Positions 48,824 to 57,724 of a stretch of 64,000 nucleotides of DNA are shown in pieces. The stretch comes from Candidatus Nomurabacteria bacterium (GTDB taxonomy: Bacteria > Patescibacteriota > Minisyncoccia > Phycocordibacterales > UBA9973), in the NCBI GenBank assembly GCA_052035195.1, contig JBPOHU010000001.1, positions 104,031 through 168,030 of the forward strand, in the 5' to 3' direction. A program made the translations under genes and the position numbers. Under the pieces are notes generated by a model. The model saw only the letters and a program-made list of their open reading frames with translations, ran no database searches and was not told the origin of the DNA. The first letter of the stretch is position 1. Every line of letters starts with the position of its first letter.

Positions 48824-48981
48824 CAAAAAATTCCAGCTTCTGCCGAGCTGGAATTTCTGTAGTAAAAGAGAAACTAAAAGCTAGGCACAAACCTATTGTT
48901 GGCGTCAAAAGAGACGAGGAAGGTGAGTTGACCCTTCCAAGGCATTCGCGCGATGTATTGGTTTGTATTGCTTTTTTTCAT
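48824..48981 (-). promoter_or_regulatory. leader peptide (48874-48981) plus terminator, putative attenuator
   Basis: 35-aa uORF MKKSNTNQYIARMPWKGQLTFLVSFDANNRFVPSF, then GAAATTCCAGCT-loop-AGCTGGAATTTTTT upstream of the ABC gene. Confidence 0.6.
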
Positions 48982-49070
48982 AACCCTTTGATAATAGCAT
49001 ATTTTATAAAAATGTAAAGAATAAGTAAAAAATCACTTAATTTTATTGGCTAGAATGTACAAAATAATGT

Positions 49071-49184
49071 TTGACAAAACACTCTAAATATGCTATTATA
49101 TAAGTATAGTTCTTTGAGATGTTTTAGTTGGTTTTCCAGAGCATTCTTTCTACCAGACAAAAAGTTTTGGTAAACCAATTAAAA
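49071..49184 (+). repeat. duplicated promoter plus hairpin 5' leader, copy 2
   Basis: Near-identical to 46454-46568 except for the hairpin loop. Confidence 0.9.
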
Positions 49185-49192
49185 TTTAGTTT

Positions 49193-49363
49193 ATGAAATA
49201 TTTAACCCCTGTTGGTATTTTTTTAATTTTTTCGTTTATCGTAATATTCATTGTTGCGGCAGCTACGAAAAATTTTTACGCTTTCGGTTTTAGCGAATTG
49301 TGCGCCCTGGCTGGTATTGCCTGTGTAGCAAAAGCAAACAGAAAAGAAAAAACACCGGCGTAA
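49193..49363 (+). CDS. 56-aa hydrophobic protein (not in the ORF track)
   Basis: MKYLTPVGIFLIFSFIVIFIVAAATKNFYAFGFSELCALAGIACVAKANRKEKTPA between the repeated promoter and a terminator at 49383-49412. Confidence 0.6.
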   Translation: MKYLTPVGIFLIFSFIVIFIVAAATKNFYAFGFSELCALAGIACVAKANRKEKTPA

Positions 49364-49445
49364 TGTACCCACAAAAAATACAAAGCCTTCTCCAAAAGAG
49401 GAGGCTTTTTTTATTGCCTTTTTTATTGTAAAATACACCTTATAT

Positions 49446-50906
49446 ATGGCATCGCTAGAAGAGCTCCGAGAGGAGAGACTAAAGAAGAAAGCTATTCTCG
49501 AGGAGAAAGGCTTTGATACTTATCCTGCAAAGACTGAGCGTACTCACACTATATTTCAGTTCAAAACCCAATTTGAAGCTCTTGCAGAGAGCAAAGAACA
49601 AGTAACTCTAGCTGGGCGTATCATGAGTGCTCGTGGACAAGGAGCCCTAGCTTTTTCTGATATTTTTGATGGATCAGGAAAGACACAGCTTTTCTTGAAA
49701 AGTGACGAGATGGATGCGGAAGCTTATGCACTCTGGAACGAAACTACCGATGTCGGAGATTTCGTTGAAGCAACAGGTATTGCATATATGACAAAAAGAG
49801 GCGAACAAGCTCTATTTGTCTCTGGGTGGCGCATGCTTACCAAAAGCCTTCTTCCTCTTCCTGAGAAATGGCACGGCATCACTGATCCAGACGAGAGATA
49901 CCGCAAGCGATACCTAGATATCCTCACTGATTCAGAACTCCAAGATCTCTTCTACAAGAAGTCACAATTTTGGGAAGTCACTCGCAACTTTATGAAAGAA
50001 GCTGGTTTTCTAGAAGTAGAAACTCCAACAGTTGAAGTAACTACCGGTGGAGCAGAAGCCAATCCTTTCAAGACACATCACAACGACTTTGATATCGATG
50101 TCTTTATGCGTATCTCTGTCGGAGAACTCTGGCAAAAGCGATTAATGGCTGCAGGCTTCGCCAAGACATTTGAAATAGGACGCGTATATAGAAATGAAGG
50201 CTCAAGTCCTGACCACCTCCAAGAATTCACCAATATGGAGTTCTACTGGGCTTTTGCTGACTACCAAATGGGTATGGACCTTGTAGAGCGACTATATAAG
50301 AAAATAGCAGTGGACGTATTCGGCAAGACTGAGTTCACAACTCGCGGACATACTTTTGATCTCGGAGCAGAATGGAAGAAAATTGATTACGTAGAGGAAG
50401 TAGAAAAGCAAACAGGTATCAATGTACTCGATGCATCTGACGAAGACATGAAAGCCAAGCTCGATGAACTCGGTGTGAAATACGAAGGTGCAAACAGGGA
50501 ACGCCTCACTGACACACTTTGGAAATATTGCCGAAAGAATATCTCTGGTCCTGCATTTCTCGTACGCATTCCAAAACTCGTCTCACCGCTAGCAAAAGCA
50601 TGTACTGATGATCCAAGAGTAACAGAAAGATTCCAAGTTATGCTTGCCGGAAGTGAAGTAGGGAATGGCTTCTCAGAACTCAATGACCCTATAGACCAAC
50701 GTGCTCGCTTTGAACTCCAACAAAAGCTCATAGAAAGTGGCGATGAAGAAGCAATGATGCCTGAATGGGAATTCGTAGAAATGCTAGAGCATGGCATGCC
50801 ACCTACTTGTGGCTTTGGCTTCGGTGAAAGACTCTTTGCATTTCTTGTAGACAAACCACTTCGCGAGACTCAACTCTTTCCACTACTTAAGCCTAAGAAT
50901 GAGTAA
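49446..50906 (+). CDS. lysS: lysine--tRNA ligase, class II
   Basis: RYRKRYLD, FLEVETP, YRNEG, ELNDP, GMPPTCGFGFG. Confidence 0.98.
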   Translation: MASLEELREERLKKKAILEEKGFDTYPAKTERTHTIFQFKTQFEALAESKEQVTLAGRIMSARGQGALAFSDIFDGSGKTQLFLKSDEMDAEAYALWNETTDVGDFVEATGIAYMTKRGEQALFVSGWRMLTKSLLPLPEKWHGITDPDERYRKRYLDILTDSELQDLFYKKSQFWEVTRNFMKEAGFLEVETPTVEVTTGGAEANPFKTHHNDFDIDVFMRISVGELWQKRLMAAGFAKTFEIGRVYRNEGSSPDHLQEFTNMEFYWAFADYQMGMDLVERLYKKIAVDVFGKTEFTTRGHTFDLGAEWKKIDYVEEVEKQTGINVLDASDEDMKAKLDELGVKYEGANRERLTDTLWKYCRKNISGPAFLVRIPKLVSPLAKACTDDPRVTERFQVMLAGSEVGNGFSELNDPIDQRARFELQQKLIESGDEEAMMPEWEFVEMLEHGMPPTCGFGFGERLFAFLVDKPLRETQLFPLLKPKNE

Positions 50907-50908
50907 GT

Positions 50909-51523
50909 ATGAGAAACTGGTTAAAAGAAATTGGTAATAAAGTAGTTACTAACCTTGCCGGAACTCTTATTTTAGCTGTACTAGCATTAATAGTACCAAC
51001 AACAAGAAACCTTCTAAAACTATACTGGAAACAAATACTATTTTTTATCGTATTAACGGCGTTAATATATATTGTCTTATATTTATTTAAAAAAAATAGA
51101 AAAAATGAGTCTGACATATCAACATTAAAAGCTGATATATATGATATAAAAAACAAAAAACCTCTACCAAAAGAATCCGGTTCAGCAGAAATTGAAAATC
51201 TGAATAGGAAAGTAACTAAAATAGAGGATGACTTATACGAACTAAAAAGGTCTAACTTCTATAAAAAAGCAGAAGATTATGAAAAATCTGAGAAACGTGG
51301 AGCCCTATTATGTAGACTAGATGTTATTGATCTAGATATTAAAAAAGGTTATGAATTTAATCTAGAAGAATCCTTGGAGGATTTGTTTAGATATGTTAAA
51401 AAACAAACAGGTTTTCTTACACAAGATTTATCTGATGTAAAAAATTGTTTAAATAAAATATCAAATGATGGACATAAGGAAGTTGTCGATCAAATATTAA
51501 GTCAAATTAAATCAAAAATTTAA
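50909..51523 (+). CDS. hypothetical two-TM coiled-coil protein
   Basis: Very AT-rich ORF with two TMs. Confidence 0.65.
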   Translation: MRNWLKEIGNKVVTNLAGTLILAVLALIVPTTRNLLKLYWKQILFFIVLTALIYIVLYLFKKNRKNESDISTLKADIYDIKNKKPLPKESGSAEIENLNRKVTKIEDDLYELKRSNFYKKAEDYEKSEKRGALLCRLDVIDLDIKKGYEFNLEESLEDLFRYVKKQTGFLTQDLSDVKNCLNKISNDGHKEVVDQILSQIKSKI

Positions 51524-51524
51524 T

Positions 51525-52055
51525 ATGAAAAAACCAACCCTTCTAGTAACCTTTGGTTTTCCTGGTTCTGGTAAATCATATTTTTCTGAAAAACTTTCAA
51601 AAGAAAAAGGTTTCTTTCATATCAATTCTGATGTCATACGATTTACACTTTTTAAAAACCCTTCGTTTACAAAAGAAGAACATGAAGGGGTTTTCGCGCT
51701 CATGGATCTTATAACTGAAAATTTACTCAAATCTGGAGTAAGTGTTATCTATGATTGCAATACAAATCTTAGTTCACACCGAACAAGAATAAGGAACTTG
51801 GCAAAGAAATCTAAGGCTAATCATTGCTTAATTTGGATAAAAACAGATATAAAACTTGCTGAGAAAAGACTAGAAAAGAGGTTTGAAATAAAAGATGGAA
51901 AAAAGAAACTTATGTACAGACCCGTCACACTTGAAACTCTCCACAAGTTAAAAAATGAAATGCAAATACCAAAGGGTGCCGAAAAATTTATAATAATAGA
52001 AGGACACTTACCATTTTCAAAACAAATTAAAACATTAGAAAAAGTGCTAAAATAA
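51525..52055 (+). CDS. AAA_33-type P-loop kinase
   Basis: GFPGSGKS, SDVIR, VIYDCN, R..KR lid. Confidence 0.85.
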   Translation: MKKPTLLVTFGFPGSGKSYFSEKLSKEKGFFHINSDVIRFTLFKNPSFTKEEHEGVFALMDLITENLLKSGVSVIYDCNTNLSSHRTRIRNLAKKSKANHCLIWIKTDIKLAEKRLEKRFEIKDGKKKLMYRPVTLETLHKLKNEMQIPKGAEKFIIIEGHLPFSKQIKTLEKVLK

Positions 52056-52059
52056 ACAT

Positions 52060-52629
52060 ATGAACCAAGTCATTTTAATTCACGGCATGCCGGATAAAGA
52101 AGAGTATTATGACCCAAACACTGAGTCTTCTTCAAATCGTCAATGGTTACCATGGGCACAAAAAGAGCTTTCAAAGAAAGACATTCTTACCCAAGCACTA
52201 GAAATGCCACACCCTTACAACCCTGTATATGAAGACCATTGTGAAGTTTTTGAGCAAATGAAAATCTCTAGCGAAACTATCCTTGTAGGGCACTCTTGCG
52301 GAGCGGGGTTTTTGCTTCGATATTTTTCAGAACATCCAGAACTAAAGCCAAAGAAAATAATCCTTGTCGCTCCATGGATAGACCCAGAACCTCATGAGCT
52401 CGATACAGGATTTTTTGATTTCACTATAGACGCATCTCTCACAGATAGAACTAGTCTTGTTGTATTTTATTCTACAGATGATGACGATGTTTGCGTACGT
52501 TCAGCAGAAATAATTAAAGAAGCACTTCCAAATGCTACATATCACAAATTTGATAACAAAGGTCACTTCACAAAAGGCGACCTCGGCACCGAAGAATTCC
52601 CTGAACTCCTAGAGGAGGTATTAAAGTAA
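52060..52629 (+). CDS. RBBP9/YdeN family alpha/beta hydrolase
   Basis: LIHG, WLPW, VGHSCG, STDDD, GHF. Confidence 0.9.
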   Translation: MNQVILIHGMPDKEEYYDPNTESSSNRQWLPWAQKELSKKDILTQALEMPHPYNPVYEDHCEVFEQMKISSETILVGHSCGAGFLLRYFSEHPELKPKKIILVAPWIDPEPHELDTGFFDFTIDASLTDRTSLVVFYSTDDDDVCVRSAEIIKEALPNATYHKFDNKGHFTKGDLGTEEFPELLEEVLK

Positions 52630-53253
52630 TTCTTTTATTTCACTCAAGTTCTCTACATGCTTCCAGGCAAACTCTTTGAGTGGTTCATAACTACCTATTT
52701 GAATAGCTTTCTTTGTGCGTTTAAATATCTCTAGATCATTTCCACCATCACCAACCATAATAGTCTCACTTGGGTCTACGCCATGCTCGGCACACACTCT
52801 TTCAAAAATACGTAGCTTGGCAGGAGCTTCATCTTTATCATTTGCAATATCTTCAAAAGTGCCGTCATCACGAAATACTATCTCAGAACAAGTGTATGAC
52901 AAGTCGATTCCTAAACGCGCACGGAAACTTTCAGCAATTTGCTTCATTGTTCCAGAAACAATGATTGTAGTATAACCAAATTCTTTACAAGCATTTATTA
53001 GGTCCTGTGTCTCAGGGCGGGGGAGTATAGAGTTTGCAAACTCTTCTACCTTTTCTTTTGTACAAAGATTTTTCTCTCTAATAATTTTTACAATCAAATC
53101 ATCCCACTGTTCATAAGTAAGAATTCCGCGCTTATACCAATCAAACATTACATTGTCCTCAGCTTCAGACATTCCAAAAGCAAGATTAAATAAATACCAA
53201 CTATTAGTAGGTGAAAGAGTGCCGTCTAGGTCAAAAAATATAAGCTTTTTCAT
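52621..53253 (-). CDS. HAD-IB phosphatase (SerB-like)
   Basis: FDLDGTL, IVSG, conserved K, VGDGGND; start reassigned to ATG 53253. Confidence 0.85.
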   Translation of the reverse strand: MKKLIFFDLDGTLSPTNSWYLFNLAFGMSEAEDNVMFDWYKRGILTYEQWDDLIVKIIREKNLCTKEKVEEFANSILPRPETQDLINACKEFGYTTIIVSGTMKQIAESFRARLGIDLSYTCSEIVFRDDGTFEDIANDKDEAPAKLRIFERVCAEHGVDPSETIMVGDGGNDLEIFKRTKKAIQIGSYEPLKEFAWKHVENLSEIKELL

Positions 53254-53270
53254 AGGTAAATCATAACATA

Positions 53271-53296
53271 GGGCTTGCCCTGAGCTTGCCGAAGGG
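53271..53296. repeat. short REP-like intergenic element
   Basis: GGGCTTGCCCTGAGCTTGCCGAAGGG; GC-rich motif of a type recalled from CPR intergenic repeats. Confidence 0.45.
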
Positions 53297-53314
53297 TTTT
53301 CCCCACCATTTTTC

Positions 53315-53343
53315 TTGCATGTGAACGATTGTTCACATATAAT
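53315..53343 (+). promoter_or_regulatory. sigma70 promoter with LexA (SOS) box in the spacer
   Basis: TTGCAT-17-TATAAT overlapping the palindrome ATGTGAAC-GATT-GTTCACAT (GAAC-N4-GTTC). Confidence 0.8.
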
Positions 53344-53418
53344 AAAAACATACAAGTTCATCCCGCTACGGCGGGAAGTAATAAATAAAAACCCACGCCA
53401 TTAGCGGGGCAAGCATAT

Positions 53419-53613
53419 ATGACAACTGCACAATATCAAAAAAGTTTACAAAGAGAACTAGCAAAGCTAAACCAACGCATCGATATGATGATCATAAAAG
53501 GTCAATCATACGTAGCGGAATCAAAGAAGCACAAGATGTTGCTCCGACAACTTCGAAGTCTACAAGGTCAGAGCTTCTTTAGTAGATTTATGACAAATTC
53601 AATGAGTTTCTAA
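53419..53613 (+). CDS. small basic hypothetical protein in the lexA operon
   Basis: 64-aa ORF, tightly coupled to downstream genes. Confidence 0.65.
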   Translation: MTTAQYQKSLQRELAKLNQRIDMMIIKGQSYVAESKKHKMLLRQLRSLQGQSFFSRFMTNSMSF

Positions 53614-53614
53614 T

Positions 53615-53803
53615 ATGACTACAAGCCCACAGTTTCGCCAAGCCATAGCCAGCAATCTAGAGAGACTGAACTCTCTGACTTTCAGATCAGAACCCCATGC
53701 TACACTTCATATGTACCTACAAGACTATGCCAAGAGAAACTATCTCCGCAAACAAAAGTCTAACAATATTTTGACTTCTTTCTTTTTGCAAAAAGTCTTC
53801 TAA
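53615..53803 (+). CDS. small hypothetical protein in the lexA operon
   Basis: 62-aa ORF with 1-bp and 5-bp gaps to its neighbours. Confidence 0.6.
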   Translation: MTTSPQFRQAIASNLERLNSLTFRSEPHATLHMYLQDYAKRNYLRKQKSNNILTSFFLQKVF

Positions 53804-53808
53804 TACAT

Positions 53809-54375
53809 ATGACCAGCGACCCCACCGAACAAATCAAAAGTTTCTATCATCAACAAAAACGCATGCCTAGTTATAGCGAGATGATGGAACTTTTCGGTTT
53901 CAAATCTAAAAATGCGGTTTATCGACTAGTAAGAAAAATGCTAGACGCTGGAATAGTTGCCCAAGACCATATAGGCCGTCTGCTTCCTACATCACTTTTT
54001 AGTGACATACCAGTAGGCGGACTTGTGAAAGCAGGACTACCGTCATCAGTCGATGCTCAAAGTGAATCTATCAATCTAAACGATTTACTTATTAGTAAAA
54101 AGAGTGAGACTTATATTTTAGAAGTAGACGGGGACTCAATGATAGAAGCTCACATAGAGCCAGGAGACATGGTAATAGTAGAGAAGAGAAATACTGCCAA
54201 AGAAGGCGAAATAGTCATCGCGATGGTAGACGGCGAGCACACTATGAAATACTTGCGCAAAGACAAATCTGGCAAAATGTATCTAGAACCAGCCAACAAA
54301 GCTTATAAAAATATTTACCCTACACAATCATTAGAAATCACCGGAGTAGTAAAAGGGGTAGTGCGTAAATACTAA
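53809..54375 (+). CDS. lexA: LexA repressor
   Basis: MPSYSEM..FGFKSKNAV HTH, VKAG cleavage site, GDSM Ser and TMK Lys. Confidence 0.9.
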   Translation: MTSDPTEQIKSFYHQQKRMPSYSEMMELFGFKSKNAVYRLVRKMLDAGIVAQDHIGRLLPTSLFSDIPVGGLVKAGLPSSVDAQSESINLNDLLISKKSETYILEVDGDSMIEAHIEPGDMVIVEKRNTAKEGEIVIAMVDGEHTMKYLRKDKSGKMYLEPANKAYKNIYPTQSLEITGVVKGVVRKY

Positions 54376-55289
54376 GGAGTACCGTATAATTCTTCAAGTA
54401 TATAATCACGCTCTTCTTGCTTCTTTTGGATATCCTCTAAAAGAGGTTTTATTTTTTCTTGCAAAGATTCTAAACTAATTTTTGTAACGTTAGGATCTTC
54501 TGCCAATTTCTTCCATGGAGCAGTTTGCCCAAAAATATAATCTCCGAAAATAAGCACTGGTGTACCCTGAGCTAGAAGTTTCTCTTCTTTTGATAATACC
54601 CAAGTATTTACCCAATCATAAAACCATAATGCATCTTTGGCAGAGAGTCTGACACAAGAGTGCGACGCAGGGTAACCAGGCAAATCATATTCATGAATAC
54701 CAATACCGTCTTGATTAGCAATATTCACATTCCATTTCATTATCCAACCATCATCCACAGTACTTGTGACTTCTTTACCTTTCCAGTTGGCATAAAAGAG
54801 CTTACTAGTGGTAGGGGTAGATTTCTTGCCAGAACTAAGTCCTCCAAAGCGTACAAGCTCTCCATATTCATAAGCGCCAAACTCTTGTTCTTTTTGTGCT
54901 ATGAGCATCATCTTTGGAACAGTAGAAAGCTCTGGAATATTCTCTGGGAAAGAAGAGAGAGCAAAAAGGTCATCATAACGATCTGGATAAACAATAACCA
55001 TGCCTTTTTGGAAATGCTTTTGATCTATTCTATTTAGCGACAAAACTACATCTAGATTTGCAAAACCTACCGCATCAGAGACTTCTTTGCCGGGCTTATC
55101 TGATACAAGAGTAATACTTTTATAGCTTATAGGCTCCTTTTTAGGTTCTTCTATTGGAATCACAGGTGGAGGATTATCTTGTGACGGGATGACAGAAATA
55201 GAAGGCTTATTTGTATATTTATTATAAAAAAATACCCCAAAACCAACGAGTACTAAAATAACAAAAGATGTTTTGAGTGCTGTTTTCAT
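54372..55289 (-). CDS. L,D-transpeptidase family protein
   Basis: TM anchor; GIHEYDLPGYPASHSCVRL. Confidence 0.9.
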   Translation of the reverse strand: MKTALKTSFVILVLVGFGVFFYNKYTNKPSISVIPSQDNPPPVIPIEEPKKEPISYKSITLVSDKPGKEVSDAVGFANLDVVLSLNRIDQKHFQKGMVIVYPDRYDDLFALSSFPENIPELSTVPKMMLIAQKEQEFGAYEYGELVRFGGLSSGKKSTPTTSKLFYANWKGKEVTSTVDDGWIMKWNVNIANQDGIGIHEYDLPGYPASHSCVRLSAKDALWFYDWVNTWVLSKEEKLLAQGTPVLIFGDYIFGQTAPWKKLAEDPNVTKISLESLQEKIKPLLEDIQKKQEERDYILEELYGTP

Positions 55290-55348
55290 TAATACAGTGT
55301 AGCAGGTAAAAATAAAAACCCCTCGAAAGGGGTTTGAAAATGAATAGA

Positions 55349-56299
55349 CTAAGCAACCAACTGTCCGTCTCTTGTAATGAGAGATGGTTCTGGAAGCCCG
55401 ATTTTGTGCTTTGAAGTACCAATCTCAAAAACCAGGATTGAATCTTTTTGTCTGGTATCCTTCTCATTGAAATCCTTATTGAGTTTGATAATAATATCAT
55501 TACCCAACTCATCGAGAACTCCAAAATAAGGTCCGTAAAGTTCTTTATGAACCTTCACATAGCAGGGGATATAAAATCCTTTTGGAGCTTTCGGAAAATA
55601 AGAAGGAGAGAGCATCATTATCCGCTCAAAACCATGCCCCTGGCATTGCCAGACAATAGTATCCTTGCATTGTTTATCAATCCAAAAAGGATTTGGTTCC
55701 ATGAGTATTTCATTACCGATTTTTATGTCCAGAAACTCCTTTTCGTGAGTTATAGCTTTTCTAGTAAAAAGCACCACAGAATTAGACTGATTATCAAATT
55801 CTTTTACAGCGATTTCTATTCCATTAATAGATACGATCGGAAGTATAAACTTTTGATTTTTATCTTTAATCAATGGTTTATCCAAAAAAAGTTGGAAATT
55901 GAAAGGGTTTTCAGCGGTATTACTAAAATCGATAGAAACTGGTTTATAACCTGTTCGCAAAACAAAAAAATCCTGTTTTGTTTTTTGCTGGATTTCGAAT
56001 AATCTTCGTTCTTCTTCTCTTTTTTTATTTTCATAGTGTTTTAATATCATGGCAGCAACAACCACATCCCAGCGTCGCAATATGCCAATAAAAACAGTCA
56101 GTCCAAATAAAAACAGAGAAAGAATTATCCAGGTCCAGAATATAGCAATAAACTTATCTTCAGAATAAATATTTCGGTCAAACAGGAATAAAAACTGTTG
56201 AAACAAAAATATTAGAACCTGAGAAAGAAAGAACGAGAACAAAACGATAATAGTTCTCGCATAAATTAAACAGCGTCGGTTTTGGGTTAGTTTTTTCAT
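55349..56299 (-). CDS. hypothetical two-TM protein (ORFan unit)
   Basis: 316-aa ORF with own TTGACA promoter (about 56388-56416) and terminator (55315-55336). Confidence 0.7.
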   Translation of the reverse strand: MKKLTQNRRCLIYARTIIVLFSFFLSQVLIFLFQQFLFLFDRNIYSEDKFIAIFWTWIILSLFLFGLTVFIGILRRWDVVVAAMILKHYENKKREEERRLFEIQQKTKQDFFVLRTGYKPVSIDFSNTAENPFNFQLFLDKPLIKDKNQKFILPIVSINGIEIAVKEFDNQSNSVVLFTRKAITHEKEFLDIKIGNEILMEPNPFWIDKQCKDTIVWQCQGHGFERIMMLSPSYFPKAPKGFYIPCYVKVHKELYGPYFGVLDELGNDIIIKLNKDFNEKDTRQKDSILVFEIGTSKHKIGLPEPSLITRDGQLVA

Positions 56300-56470
56300 C
56301 TATATAAATTTAATGAGCATTTTTTGAGCGCCTAACCACTCAAAAATGAAAGGTTAGTTATAGAGGTTAGGTAACAAAATTTTTATGATAATAAAGTAAA
56401 AAGTCTTTTATGTCAATATAGAACTGAATCAATGCCTTATACAGCCGGTCTGTTGTATAATATAAAACAT

Positions 56471-57229
56471 ATGAAATTGATCACACTTAACACTTGGGCA
56501 GGAAGAGTCAAAGAGCCTTTTGATGCTTTTTTGAAAAACAAAATGGATGAAACTGATATTTTTTGTTTCCAAGAAATATTTAATGATTTAGATGAAGATA
56601 TAGCTACTGATATATATGTTAATCACAATGAGAGCAATCGTCATATTCTCAAAGAGATTGCGGACATCCTAAAAAATTTTGATGTTTATTTTTGCCCGGT
56701 AGTTGAAAATACTTATGGTATCGCTATTTTCTTGAAAAAAGATTATGAAGTTGTCGGTAGTGGGGAAGTAATACTCTATGAAAATCCCACTTTTAATCCT
56801 GATGATGAAAACAATGACCATACAAGAAAAATGCAATGGGTCCATATCAAACATGGTCGCAAAGATGTCATGATTATGAATGTTCACGGACACTGGAGTG
56901 CAGAAGGCAAAAGTGATAATGCCAACAGAATAGAACAGTCAAAAATACTTGTTGATTTCATAAAAAACTCTGGGCCTGTACCAAAGATTCTTGTAGGGGA
57001 CTTCAATCTACTTCCAGATAGTGAAAGTATCAAAATGATAGAAGGACACTTCACAAACCTTATTACAAAATACAATATTCCTACAACTCGCACAGAACTC
57101 TACAAGGGCGATGATAAACACGCTGACTATGCTTTCGTTTCCGAAGAAGTTCTAGTAGAAGGATTCGAGGCTTTGCCTGATGTAGTCTCAGATCACACTC
57201 CGTTAGCACTACAATTTGACGTTTTCTAG
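56471..57229 (+). CDS. endonuclease/exonuclease/phosphatase (EEP) family protein
   Basis: LITLN, CFQE, NVH, GDFN, DY, SDH. Confidence 0.92.
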   Translation: MKLITLNTWAGRVKEPFDAFLKNKMDETDIFCFQEIFNDLDEDIATDIYVNHNESNRHILKEIADILKNFDVYFCPVVENTYGIAIFLKKDYEVVGSGEVILYENPTFNPDDENNDHTRKMQWVHIKHGRKDVMIMNVHGHWSAEGKSDNANRIEQSKILVDFIKNSGPVPKILVGDFNLLPDSESIKMIEGHFTNLITKYNIPTTRTELYKGDDKHADYAFVSEEVLVEGFEALPDVVSDHTPLALQFDVF

Positions 57230-57291
57230 TATATATTTTCTAATACAGAGATAGGGAACAGAAAGCTTATTTTGGAGTAGTATAGAGTGGT

Positions 57292-57699
57292 ATGAACGAA
57301 ATCACGAACAAAACTCTTTTTAAGACTATGATAATTGTTGGGGCTATAATTGCTCTTATGATTATTCCTCTTTATGGTAGTAGAAACTTGTTTAAAGTTA
57401 ATTCTTTGGGAGCTACTGCTTACACAAATTATTCTGACAATAACTCAATAATTCCTCTCAGAAAAAGGTCTGGTACCTACATCCCAAATCTAGATACAAA
57501 CTATAGTGTTGCTCCTTACCAGTATTTAAATACTCAAACTACTACTTCTTATACAACTCCTAGTACAACCAACTCTTACTATTACACTAGTTACGAAGAA
57601 GATACTAGCTACCAATACACAGATAGCTACGGCTATACACCCGCCGGTTGTGAAAGTGGTACTGACTACAGCCTAACTACAGGAGAAGCTTGCGGATAG
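57292..57699 (+). CDS. membrane-anchored Tyr/Thr/Ser-rich protein
   Basis: TM, low-complexity body, C-terminal GC..GT.YS.TTGE.C motif. Confidence 0.65.
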   Translation: MNEITNKTLFKTMIIVGAIIALMIIPLYGSRNLFKVNSLGATAYTNYSDNNSIIPLRKRSGTYIPNLDTNYSVAPYQYLNTQTTTSYTTPSTTNSYYYTSYEEDTSYQYTDSYGYTPAGCESGTDYSLTTGEACG

Positions 57700-57724
57700 A
57701 AAATAAAAAACCCCACAAGGGGTT

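Noticed and set aside
49223-49438. 71-aa minus-strand ORF in the track
   Set aside because: The plus-strand 56-aa ORF fits between the duplicated promoter and a terminator and is the better call.
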